64,000 bases of DNA from Deltaproteobacteria bacterium (GTDB lineage Bacteria > Myxococcota_A > Polyangia > Polyangiales > Houyiibacteriaceae), in assembly GCA_034670305.1 (NCBI GenBank), contig JAXMNT010000038.1, forward strand, positions 14,178-78,177. The letters run 5' to 3'. A program made the position numbers and the translations under genes. Below the pieces are notes generated by a model. It was not told where the DNA came from and made no database searches. It saw nothing but the letters and a program-made list of their open reading frames with translations. Shown here piece after piece: positions 49,009 through 57,636 of the stretch; positions within the stretch are counted from its first letter, which is position 1, and every line of letters starts with the position of its first letter.

Positions 49009-49011
49009 GCC

Positions 49012-50145
49012 ATGAGCAGAGTTTACGTTCAGCAAGATGCCCCGCCGCCTTCGTTCGAAGAGGCGAAGAACACCCGTCAGAAGGTGCGCGCCGCCGGCAT
49101 GCACCCCGACTACTGGTACCCCGCGGCCTGGGCCAAAGATCTCAAGCCCGGCGAAGTGAAGGAAGTCGTCTTCTGGAAGCGCAGCATCGCGCTCTTCCGG
49201 GGCGACGACGGGCAGGTCCGCGCCATCGACAACCGGTGCGCGCACCGGCAGCTCAAGCTCACCACCGGCCACGTCGAGGGCTGCAACCTCGTCTGCCCGT
49301 ACCACGGTTGGGCGTACGACGGGCAGGGCCGCGTCGTGGACATTCCGCACTCGCTCTTCGGTCGCAAGTTCCCGAAGTTCCAGGTGCCCTCGATCCCCGT
49401 GAAGGTGAAGCACGGCCTCATCTTCATCTTCCCCGGCGACCCGGAGAAGTCCGAGGACGTGGCGCCCCCGGACATCCCTGAGCTCGAAGGCAAGAACCCC
49501 TGGCCGACCGTCTGCGTGGACTCCACCTGGAAGGCCCACCACTCGATGATCATGGACAACGTGAGCGACTTCACGCACGCGTTTCTCCACCGTCGCTTCA
49601 AGCCCTTCGACGACGCCAAGCTCATTCACTACGAGACCATCGGCGACACCGTCGAACTCGAGTACGAGACCAAGGTCGGACGCGGACCCATCAGTGGACT
49701 CTTCGTCGACCGAAGCCGCGTCGACTCCGACTCGATGAAGCTCGGGTACGAGTACCCGTACCAGCGCAGCAACACGGACAACCAGATCAAACACTGGTGC
49801 TTCGTGCGGCCGATCGACGAACGCACGACGGCGAGCTTCTTCATCTTCTACTTCCGCTCGTTCCGCGTGCCATTCACGAAGGTCCCGCTCCCGTTCAACG
49901 TGATGCGCGGGCTGTTGGCGATCGGCAAGAAGCTCACGGTTCAGCCGCTCCTCGAAGAAGACGGAGTCGCGGTCGAGTGCGAGCAGGACGGGTACGACCG
50001 CCACTGGGACGCACCGCTCGCGGAGCTCAACCCGGTCGTGAAGTCCTTTCAGGAACTGACCATTCGCAAGTGGGAGGAGTACCTGGCCAGCCAGACCCTC
50101 ACCACCATCAGCAAGAAGTCGAAAGACGAAGAGGCGCGGGTATGA
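49012..50145 (+). CDS. Rieske non-heme iron oxygenase (candidate SdmA-type sterol C-4 methyl oxidase)
   Basis: CAHR...CPYHGW Rieske ligands; DNVSDFTHAFLH mononuclear Fe motif. Confidence 0.82.
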   Translation: MSRVYVQQDAPPPSFEEAKNTRQKVRAAGMHPDYWYPAAWAKDLKPGEVKEVVFWKRSIALFRGDDGQVRAIDNRCAHRQLKLTTGHVEGCNLVCPYHGWAYDGQGRVVDIPHSLFGRKFPKFQVPSIPVKVKHGLIFIFPGDPEKSEDVAPPDIPELEGKNPWPTVCVDSTWKAHHSMIMDNVSDFTHAFLHRRFKPFDDAKLIHYETIGDTVELEYETKVGRGPISGLFVDRSRVDSDSMKLGYEYPYQRSNTDNQIKHWCFVRPIDERTTASFFIFYFRSFRVPFTKVPLPFNVMRGLLAIGKKLTVQPLLEEDGVAVECEQDGYDRHWDAPLAELNPVVKSFQELTIRKWEEYLASQTLTTISKKSKDEEARV

Positions 50146-51443
50146 CCACCACGACGGACGAACGAAGCTCCCGGATCCCGGGGTTCTACCGCCTCGACGT
50201 CGAAGAGCGGCACGACGAGCTGCGGGAACGTTTCGGGCTCAGCACCGAAGATCTCGACATCCTCAAAGACGGCAGCCGGCTCGGGGTCGACCGCGCGGAC
50301 AAGATGGTCGAGAACTGCGTGGGCGTCTTCGGATTGCCGATCGGTCTTGGGCTGAACTTCCACATCAACGGACGCGACTTCACGATCCCGATGGTGGTCG
50401 AAGAGCCGTCCGTGGTGGCGGCCGTGAGCAACATGGCGCGCACCGTTCGCAAGTCCGGAGGGTTCCGCGCCGAGGCCGACGAATCGTTGATGATCGGCCA
50501 GGTCCAGATCCTCGACGTCGAAGACGCGGACGTCGCGGTGGCGGCGCTCGAACAGAACAAGCAGCGCTTGCTCGACGAAGCCAACGCCGTGCATCCCAAC
50601 ATGAAGCGCCGCGGCGGCGGAGCGCTCGACATCGAGGTGCGCCGTTTCGACGCGCCGTACCCGATGCTGGTGCTGCACCTCATCGTGGACTGCGGCGAAG
50701 CCATGGGTGCCAACGCGATCAACGCGATGGCCGAAGGGGTCGCACCGCTCGTCGAGCGCCTCACCGGCGGCCGCGTGAACCTGCGGATCCTCTCGAACCT
50801 CGCCGACCGCCGCTGCGCGCGGGCGTGGTGCTCGATCCCCGAGCTCCTTCTCGCAGGCAACGGGTTCACCGGTGCCGAAGTCGCCGAGGGCATCGTCGAG
50901 GCCTACCAGTTCGCGGCGGTCGATCCCTACCGCGCCGCCACCCACAACAAGGGTGTGATGAACGGCGTGGACGCGGTCGCGATCGCCACGGGCAACGACT
51001 GGCGCGGCGTCGAAGCGGGCGCCCACGCGTTCGCAGCGCGGGATGGCAAGTACACCTCGCTCACCAAGTGGTGGCGCGCGGACGGCCAGCTCCATGGCTT
51101 CATCGAGTTGCCCATGGCGGTCGGTGTGGTCGGTGGCAGCACCAACGTGCACCCGACCCTCCGGGTCATGCGCAAGATCCTCAGCGTGGAGAGCGCCGCG
51201 GAACTCGGCATGGTCATGGCCACCGTCGGTCTCGCTCAGAACATGGGCGCGCTGCGCGCACTGGCGACCGAAGGCATTCAGCGCGGACACATGAGTCTGC
51301 ACGCGCGCTCGGTGGCACTCGCCGCTGGTGCCGAAGGCAGGCTCGTCGACGAGATCGCTCGCGAGCTCATCGCGGCCGAGTCGATCAAACTCGACACCGC
51401 ACGCGACCTCATCGCCGCCAAGCTGCGCCGCAAGGTCGGCTGA
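50142..51443 (+). CDS. mvaA: HMG-CoA reductase, class II
   Basis: MVENCVG, EEPSVVAA, EAMGANAIN, ILSNL, RAATHNKGVMNG, GIQRGHMSLH; ATGA overlap with the Rieske gene. Confidence 0.93.
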   Translation: MTTTTDERSSRIPGFYRLDVEERHDELRERFGLSTEDLDILKDGSRLGVDRADKMVENCVGVFGLPIGLGLNFHINGRDFTIPMVVEEPSVVAAVSNMARTVRKSGGFRAEADESLMIGQVQILDVEDADVAVAALEQNKQRLLDEANAVHPNMKRRGGGALDIEVRRFDAPYPMLVLHLIVDCGEAMGANAINAMAEGVAPLVERLTGGRVNLRILSNLADRRCARAWCSIPELLLAGNGFTGAEVAEGIVEAYQFAAVDPYRAATHNKGVMNGVDAVAIATGNDWRGVEAGAHAFAARDGKYTSLTKWWRADGQLHGFIELPMAVGVVGGSTNVHPTLRVMRKILSVESAAELGMVMATVGLAQNMGALRALATEGIQRGHMSLHARSVALAAGAEGRLVDEIARELIAAESIKLDTARDLIAAKLRRKVG

Positions 51444-51490
51444 GCTGCGGCCGGGCCGCGCGCCCGGCCGTCCCCTTCCGGAGAACGTCC

Positions 51491-53575
51491 ATGGCCTCGT
51501 CCCTCGATCTCGAACTCAGCCTCGACCGTGGGGTGCGCCGGCTCGTCGATCTCGCCGACACGCACCACGCAAGCCACGATGGCGACGACGGCACCGACCG
51601 GGTGCTGCGTCACTTCGAGGGCGAAGACGTCTGGAACAGCATGTTGCCCGCGCAATACGCGATGGCGATGCACGTGATGGGGGAGGAACTCTCCGAGGAG
51701 CGCAAGCGGCGCATCGTGCGGCAGCTCGAGCACGAGCAACTTCCGGGCGGACTCTGGGGGCTGCACCGGTTCGGGGAGCCTTCGCTCTTCATGACCGCGC
51801 TCTCTTACGTCGCCGCGCGTTGCGTCGGCGTGCCCGCAGACGACCCCCGTTTGGCAGCGGCTCGGACGATGTTCGCGAGCGAAGACGTTCGCGCCATTCC
51901 GAGTTGGGGCAAGGCGTGGCTCTCGCTGATGAACGTCTACGGCTGGGAGGGCGTCAACGCCGTGCCGCCGGAAGCATGGCTCCTCCCAGAGCGCCTGCCG
52001 CTCCATCCGGCGAACTACTACTGCCACACGCGGCTCATCTACATGGGCATGGCGAGCGTGTTCGGCCAGAAGCTCCGTGCGCCCCGCAGCGCGCTGGTCG
52101 ATGCCCTTCGCGCCGAGCTCTACCCGAACCGAGACTACGCCTCGATCGACTTCCGGAGCGCGCGCCACCTGCTCCGCGAAGACGATCTCTGGGCACCGCC
52201 GACCAAGACGCTCAAGGCGATGTACGAGGCGGTCAACTTGTTCGAACGCGTGCAGTCGAAGATCCCCGGCCTCGGCCTGCGGGCGCGCTGTCTCGCCGAG
52301 CTTCGGGAGCGCATGAAGTTCGAGCTGCGCAGCTCGGACCACACCTGTCTCTCGCCGGTGAACGGGTTGCTCTTCATGCTCACCCTCTGGGCCCACGATC
52401 CGAAGGACCCGGATCTCGCCGAACAGCGACGCCGTTTCGAGGGCTGGATCTGGGAGGACGAAGACGAAGGACTCCGCATCTGCGGCGCGCGGAGCGCGAC
52501 GTGGGACACGAGCTTCGCGATCCAGTCGCTCGTGGCTTCGCGTCCATCCGTGTCGCCGTCGACCCGAACCCGTCTCGACGCCGTCGTCGAGGAGTCGGTG
52601 GCGTGGCTTCGGTCTCAGCAGATCACCGCGCCCCAACGCCCGCTCGACGAGTACAAACGCGCGTACCGAGTGGACCCAACCGGCGGCTTCTGCTTCGCGG
52701 GCATCTGGCACGGCTGGCCAGTGAGTGACTGCACCGCCGAAGCGCTCGAAGCGTTCCTCGAAGCGGACGCGATCACCCCGCACGATCCTCAGGTGCTGAC
52801 CGCAGGCATTCGGTTCCTGCTCCAGTGTCAGAACCCCGACGGCGGTTTCGGAAGCTACGAAGCCCGCAAGTCGATGGAGATGGAGTGGATGAACCCCGCC
52901 GAGATGTTCGGCGACTCCATGACCGAACGGTCGTACGTCGAGTGCACCGCGAGCAACCTCATCGCGCTCGTGCGGGTGCGTGCACGGCTCCAGCAAACGG
53001 GCGGCGAGGGCCAGCTGCTTCGCCGCATGGATCAGGCGATCCGCCAAGCCGAACGGCTGCTTCGCAAACGTCAGAACGAAGACGGTTCCTGGGACGGCGC
53101 CTGGGGCGTCGCGTTTCTCTACGGCACGCTCTTCGGCATCCGCGGGCTGCGCGCCGCCGGCGCCGACGCGTCCGACCCGGCGATCGCTGCGGCCACCGAG
53201 TTCATTCGAGGCCACCAGCGCGCGGACGGCGCCTGGGGCGAACACTGGCGCACCTGTCTGACCGACCGGTACGAGCCGTTCGACCACGGGCACATCGTGC
53301 AGACCGCGTGGGCGGTCCTGGCCCTCGCGAACGCGTCCGAAGCGCCGAGCCCCGAAGACGAAGCGGCGATCCTGCGCGGCTGCGCCTGGCTCGCCTCTCA
53401 ACAGCAAGCCGATGGCGACTGGCCCGAGCAGGAGTTTTCGGGCGTGTTCTTCCGCACCGCACTCATCGACTACCGGGCCTACCGTCGGGTGTTCCCGGTC
53501 TGGGCTCTGAGCTATGGTGCCGCGCTTCACAAGCGACTCGGCGCCCATCGGCCCGCCGCCCAACCCGTCGCCTGA
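51491..53575 (+). CDS. osc: Oxidosqualene cyclase (2,3-oxidosqualene sterol cyclase)
   Basis: HGWPVSDCTAE (DCTAE, not the DXDD of squalene-hopene cyclase), YYCHTRLIY, QNPDGGFGSYE, SYVECT, QW repeats, GAWGVAFLYGT. Confidence 0.93.
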   Translation: MASSLDLELSLDRGVRRLVDLADTHHASHDGDDGTDRVLRHFEGEDVWNSMLPAQYAMAMHVMGEELSEERKRRIVRQLEHEQLPGGLWGLHRFGEPSLFMTALSYVAARCVGVPADDPRLAAARTMFASEDVRAIPSWGKAWLSLMNVYGWEGVNAVPPEAWLLPERLPLHPANYYCHTRLIYMGMASVFGQKLRAPRSALVDALRAELYPNRDYASIDFRSARHLLREDDLWAPPTKTLKAMYEAVNLFERVQSKIPGLGLRARCLAELRERMKFELRSSDHTCLSPVNGLLFMLTLWAHDPKDPDLAEQRRRFEGWIWEDEDEGLRICGARSATWDTSFAIQSLVASRPSVSPSTRTRLDAVVEESVAWLRSQQITAPQRPLDEYKRAYRVDPTGGFCFAGIWHGWPVSDCTAEALEAFLEADAITPHDPQVLTAGIRFLLQCQNPDGGFGSYEARKSMEMEWMNPAEMFGDSMTERSYVECTASNLIALVRVRARLQQTGGEGQLLRRMDQAIRQAERLLRKRQNEDGSWDGAWGVAFLYGTLFGIRGLRAAGADASDPAIAAATEFIRGHQRADGAWGEHWRTCLTDRYEPFDHGHIVQTAWAVLALANASEAPSPEDEAAILRGCAWLASQQQADGDWPEQEFSGVFFRTALIDYRAYRRVFPVWALSYGAALHKRLGAHRPAAQPVA

Positions 53576-53634
53576 GTCTCCATCTCCACCCGCGCCACCG
53601 GCCGGGTTCAACCGCCAGCCAGAGAGTACGCACC

Positions 53635-54624
53635 ATGTCCGGAGTCAGCCGCGAGTCCTTCCAATCGACCGTCGACGAGTACCAGGGTCTTCACGACGAG
53701 AGCGGAAGCGACGTCGAGCAGCGCAAGGCCCAGTACACGAAGCTCGTGAACCAGTACTACGACCTGGCCACGGACTTCTACGAGTTCGGTTGGGGCGAGC
53801 ACTTCCACTTCGCGCCGCGATGGAAGAAAGAGAAGTTCCTCGCGAGCCTCGAGCGTCACGAGCGGCACCTCGCGCGCAAGCTCCGGCTCTACCCGGGCAT
53901 GGAAGTCCTCGATGTCGGCTGCGGCGTCGGTGGACCCGCGCGCTACATCGCGAAGCACACCGGCGCCAAGATCGTCGGCGTGAACAACAACGCCTACCAG
54001 ATCAGCCGCGGCGAGAAGCACACCCAGAAGGCCAAGCTCAACCACCTGGTCAGCTTCCAGAAGGCGGACTTCATGGCGCTCCCGGCCGAGGACGGACGTT
54101 TCGACGCCGTCTACACGATCGAAGCGAGCTGCCACGCGCCCGACCGCGTGAAGCTCTTCCAGGAGTTGCGGCGGGTGATGAAGCCGGGCGCGCTCTTCGG
54201 TGGTTACGAGTGGTGTCTCACCGACCAGTACGACGAGTCGAACCCCGCGCACGTGAAGATCAAGAAGGACATCGAGATCGGCAATGGTCTCCCCGACCTC
54301 TCGCACACCTCGGTGATCGACCAGTCGCTCGAGGCGGCCGGGTTCGAAGTCCTCGAGACCCAAGACCTCGCGCCGACCGGCGACCCGGAGACCCCGTGGT
54401 ACCTGGCGCTCACCGGCGGCGATCTCTCGCTGGCGAGTTTCCCGCGCACGCCGATCGGGCGAACCGTGACCAACTTCGCGACCAAGCTCATGGAGAAGGT
54501 CGGCATCGCGCCGAAGGGCACCCAGGCCGTCAGCAGCTTCCTCAACCAGGGCGCCGACGCGCTCGTGGCGGGCGGCGAGACCGGCACCTTCACGCCCATG
54601 TACTTCTTCGTCGCCCGCGCCTAG
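53635..54624 (+). CDS. smt: Sterol C-24 methyltransferase (SMT/ERG6-like)
   Basis: YYDLATDFYEFGWGEHFHFA (region I), LDVGCGVGGPAR, IEASCHAP, KPGxxFGGYEW, IEIGNGLP, FTPMYFF. Confidence 0.93.
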   Translation: MSGVSRESFQSTVDEYQGLHDESGSDVEQRKAQYTKLVNQYYDLATDFYEFGWGEHFHFAPRWKKEKFLASLERHERHLARKLRLYPGMEVLDVGCGVGGPARYIAKHTGAKIVGVNNNAYQISRGEKHTQKAKLNHLVSFQKADFMALPAEDGRFDAVYTIEASCHAPDRVKLFQELRRVMKPGALFGGYEWCLTDQYDESNPAHVKIKKDIEIGNGLPDLSHTSVIDQSLEAAGFEVLETQDLAPTGDPETPWYLALTGGDLSLASFPRTPIGRTVTNFATKLMEKVGIAPKGTQAVSSFLNQGADALVAGGETGTFTPMYFFVARA

Positions 54625-54870
54625 CGGTCGGAACTGGCCGGGTCGCCGGCCTCCTACACGGGGCCTTCTACACTGGCCTCACACTGGCTCGGCCGCCTAT
54701 GGTGGCCATGGCCGTGCCTCGATCCGATGGGCTGACGGTTCGGTGGGGCTGGGGCCACAAACCCACATGGAGTGACGCTCCTCACTGCCGCTCGACGCGT
54801 AGGTGAAGGGGAGGGCGGGATCCGCTATGTTTCGCGCGACCTTCCTTCCCGGATCCTTCCTGGAGACCCC

Positions 54871-56391
54871 ATGTTTGCCCGTTTGAACTTCACCCACCTC
54901 GCTTTCTTCGCCCTCGCTTCCACCCTCGCACTCTCCGGTTGCGGACGATCGAGCCTCTTGAGCGATCTCTCGGACGGCGGCGGCGTGCGCCGGGACGCGG
55001 GCGATGGCGGTGGCGGTGGCGGCTGTGGCGACGGGCTCTGTGGCGCGACGGAGAACTGCGCGACGTGCCCGGCCGACTGCGAGATGTGTCCGGACGAGTG
55101 CGGCGACGGACTCTGCGCACCGACCGAAGACTGTTCCACCTGCGCGCCCGACTGCGGTTCCTGCCGCGACTGCGGCGATGGATTCTGCGACCCGGACCTC
55201 ATGGAGAACTGCGAGACGTGTCCCGCCGACTGCGACGCATGCGCTGGTTGCGGCGATGGGCTCTGCGGTATGGGTGAGAACTGCGCTTCGTGTGCGGAAG
55301 ACTGCGGCGCGTGCGTGCGGTGCGGAGACGGGCTCTGTCGCGACGGCGAGACCTGCTCCACCTGTCCGGGCGACTGCGGATTCTGCGAGGAATGCGGCGA
55401 CGGAACGTGCAGCGCGAGCGAGAACTGCAGCTCGTGTCCGAGCGACTGCGGCGTGTGCATGACTTGCGGCGACGGCCGGTGTGGCGCGGGCGAAGATTGC
55501 GCTTCTTGCCCCGACGACTGCGGCCGCTGTGAGACCTGCGGCGATGGCGAGTGTTCGGACGCCGAGGACTGCTTCTCCTGTCCACGCGACTGCGGCCGCT
55601 GTGAGTTCTGCGGCGACATGACCTGCTCCGGCAGCGAGACCTGCGGCAGCTGTCCCGAAGACTGCGGCCTCTGCGAGCGCTGTGGCAACGGCCTTTGTGC
55701 CCCGAGCGAAGACTGCTCCACCTGTCCGCGCGACTGCGGTCTCTGCGAGTTCTGCGGCGACGCCACCTGTCAGGCGACCGAGTCCTGCAGCAGCTGCCCG
55801 GGCGACTGCGGCGCGTGCCGGACCTGCGGAGACGGCTTCTGCCGCGCGGGCGACGGCGAGGACTGCCTCACCTGTGCGGCGGACTGTGACCCTTGTCCGG
55901 AGTGTGGCAACGGGGAATGCACGCCGGGCATCGAGAACTGCTCCACCTGCCCGGCCGACTGCGGCCGATGCGACCCGTGCGGCGACGGACGCTGCCGTCG
56001 CCCTGAAGACTGCGCGAGCTGCTCTGCGGACTGCGGCGTGTGTTCGGTCTGCGGCAACGGCATGTGCGAGGGCGACGAGTTCGAGACGTGCGTCAACTGC
56101 CCGGCCGACTGCGGCATGTGCGGCGGCGTCACCTGCATCGAGGTCGCGACTTGCATCTTCGGCTGCGTCGACTTCGGCGGCGGTGGCGGTGGACCGCCGG
56201 ACTTCTCGTTCTCGTGCGTGGCGGATTGCTCGGCGCGGGCCTGTGCCGACGTCCGGTTCTTCGTGGACGAGGTCATCAACTGCGCCATCCGTGAGATCTT
56301 CACGTGCGGCGACATCAGCTGCGTCATGGACAACTGCTCCGAAGCGATCGGCGCGTGTCTGAGCGCCCCCCGCTGCCCGCCCACGATGTGA
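54871..56391 (+). CDS. Cys-rich repeat lipoprotein (CGDGxC...ExCxxCPxDC repeats)
   Basis: Lipobox LSGC; about 15 tandem ~24-aa modules. Confidence 0.85.
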   Translation: MFARLNFTHLAFFALASTLALSGCGRSSLLSDLSDGGGVRRDAGDGGGGGGCGDGLCGATENCATCPADCEMCPDECGDGLCAPTEDCSTCAPDCGSCRDCGDGFCDPDLMENCETCPADCDACAGCGDGLCGMGENCASCAEDCGACVRCGDGLCRDGETCSTCPGDCGFCEECGDGTCSASENCSSCPSDCGVCMTCGDGRCGAGEDCASCPDDCGRCETCGDGECSDAEDCFSCPRDCGRCEFCGDMTCSGSETCGSCPEDCGLCERCGNGLCAPSEDCSTCPRDCGLCEFCGDATCQATESCSSCPGDCGACRTCGDGFCRAGDGEDCLTCAADCDPCPECGNGECTPGIENCSTCPADCGRCDPCGDGRCRRPEDCASCSADCGVCSVCGNGMCEGDEFETCVNCPADCGMCGGVTCIEVATCIFGCVDFGGGGGGPPDFSFSCVADCSARACADVRFFVDEVINCAIREIFTCGDISCVMDNCSEAIGACLSAPRCPPTM

Positions 56392-56428
56392 GCGACCCCG
56401 GGCCTTGAAGAAGGTCCGGTCCCGTCAG

Positions 56429-56457
56429 AGGCCCGCACGAATTCGTGCGGGCCTTTT
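56429..56457 (+). terminator. Intrinsic terminator
   Basis: Perfect palindrome AGGCCCGCACGAATTCGTGCGGGCCT ending in a T run. Confidence 0.75.
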
Positions 56458-56595
56458 CGCGTTCTCGGGGCCACTGGGTCGAAACGTCCCGGGATGGTGA
56501 TGCCCCGCGAACACAAAACTTCACAATTCGCCGCCCGAACGACACCGTGAGAATTCCCTTTGATTACAGATGCTTGCGCACGGAGGGCAGGGTTT

Positions 56596-56668
56596 TGGAC
56601 CGATTGGTCAAGATAATGGGTTGACGGAGCGCTTTCCTGGTCCCAAATGTTTTGGACCGGTCGGTCCA
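56596..56668. promoter_or_regulatory. Two palindromic TetR-type operator candidates upstream of the ECF sigma gene
   Basis: TGGACCGATTGGTCAA (56596-56611) and TGGACCGGTCGGTCCA (56653-56668). Confidence 0.6.
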
Positions 56669-56695
56669 CAAGGGTGGATCGAAGTGGAGGCGGCG

Positions 56696-57193
56696 ATGAC
56701 GACGGCGACGATTGATGACGCAACGATTCGAGAGATGGAACCCGCGCTGATGCGCTACGCGCGGCAGCGCGTCGGGCCCGACCTGGCAGCCGACGTGGTC
56801 CAGGAGACCTGGGTCGCGGCGATCAAAGGCGTCGGCGGATTCGCTGGCCGGTCGTCTCTCAAGACCTGGCTGACGAGCATCCTGCGCCGCAAGATCGTCG
56901 ACGTGCACCGTCGCAAGCGTCCGCAGGTGAGCTTCGAAGAGCACCACACGCCCCCGGCCATGGCGCCGAGGGAGCGGCTCGACGACGAAGCAGCGCTGGA
57001 GGTGGTCGGCGCCTCACTCGACGCGCTTCCAAAGCGCGAGCGGGAAGCGGTCACGCTGGTGGACGTCCAGGGCTACGACCGGGACGAGGCCGCCCAAGAG
57101 ATGGGCGTGTCCCGCGGTGCGCTTCGCGTGATGCTCCACCGTGGTCGTGGGCGGTTGAAGAAGAAGCTCGAGTCTGCCGACCACGCGCTCTAA
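56696..57193 (+). CDS. ECF RNA polymerase sigma factor
   Basis: ADVVQETW, FAGRSSLKTWLTSI, region 4 EAAQEMGVSRGALRVMLHRGR; GGAGG RBS. Confidence 0.92.
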   Translation: MTTATIDDATIREMEPALMRYARQRVGPDLAADVVQETWVAAIKGVGGFAGRSSLKTWLTSILRRKIVDVHRRKRPQVSFEEHHTPPAMAPRERLDDEAALEVVGASLDALPKREREAVTLVDVQGYDRDEAAQEMGVSRGALRVMLHRGRGRLKKKLESADHAL

Positions 57194-57216
57194 GCGCGGA
57201 CGGACGCGGTGCGCTC

Positions 57217-57636
57217 CTACGCGACCACCGTCACGCTGATGCGTCGGCGGTGCGCCGCGTGGCGGTGCTCCCACAGGTAGAGCCCCTGCCAGGTGCCGAG
57301 GTCGCACCGGCCGCTGGCGATCGGAATCGTGATCGACGTCGCCGTGAGCGCGGTGCGGACGTGGGCCGGCATGTCGTCGGGCCCCTCGTCGACGTGACGG
57401 AAGAGCGGGTCCCCATCCGGCGCCAGTCGAGAGAGAAACCGCTCGAGGTCCCGGCGAACTTCCGGGTCGGCGTTTTCGTTCAGCAGCAACGACGCGCTCG
57501 TGTGGTGTACGAAGACGGTCGCCACGCCCGGCCCACGAACCTCCATGCCCGCAACCGCCTGCTGAACCTTCGCGGTGATGTCGATCGTGCTGCGGCCGGT
57601 CGTGTGCACTTCGATCATGGCCTGATGAACGGTCAC
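57217..57636 (-). CDS. yjbQ: YjbQ/UPF0047 family protein
   Basis: HTSASLLLNENADP, EGPDDMPAH, LGTWQGLYLWEHR. Confidence 0.92.
   Translation of the reverse strand: MTVHQAMIEVHTTGRSTIDITAKVQQAVAGMEVRGPGVATVFVHHTSASLLLNENADPEVRRDLERFLSRLAPDGDPLFRHVDEGPDDMPAHVRTALTATSITIPIASGRCDLGTWQGLYLWEHRHAAHRRRISVTVVA

Noticed and set aside
51491-53575. Squalene-hopene cyclase / hopanoid cluster
   Set aside because: The catalytic motif is DCTAE rather than DXDD, and the cluster includes an epoxidase and an SMT
44790-54624. Eukaryotic contamination as the source of the sterol genes
   Set aside because: No introns, operon-like overlaps, class II HMGR, and GC/codon style matching the flanking bacterial genes
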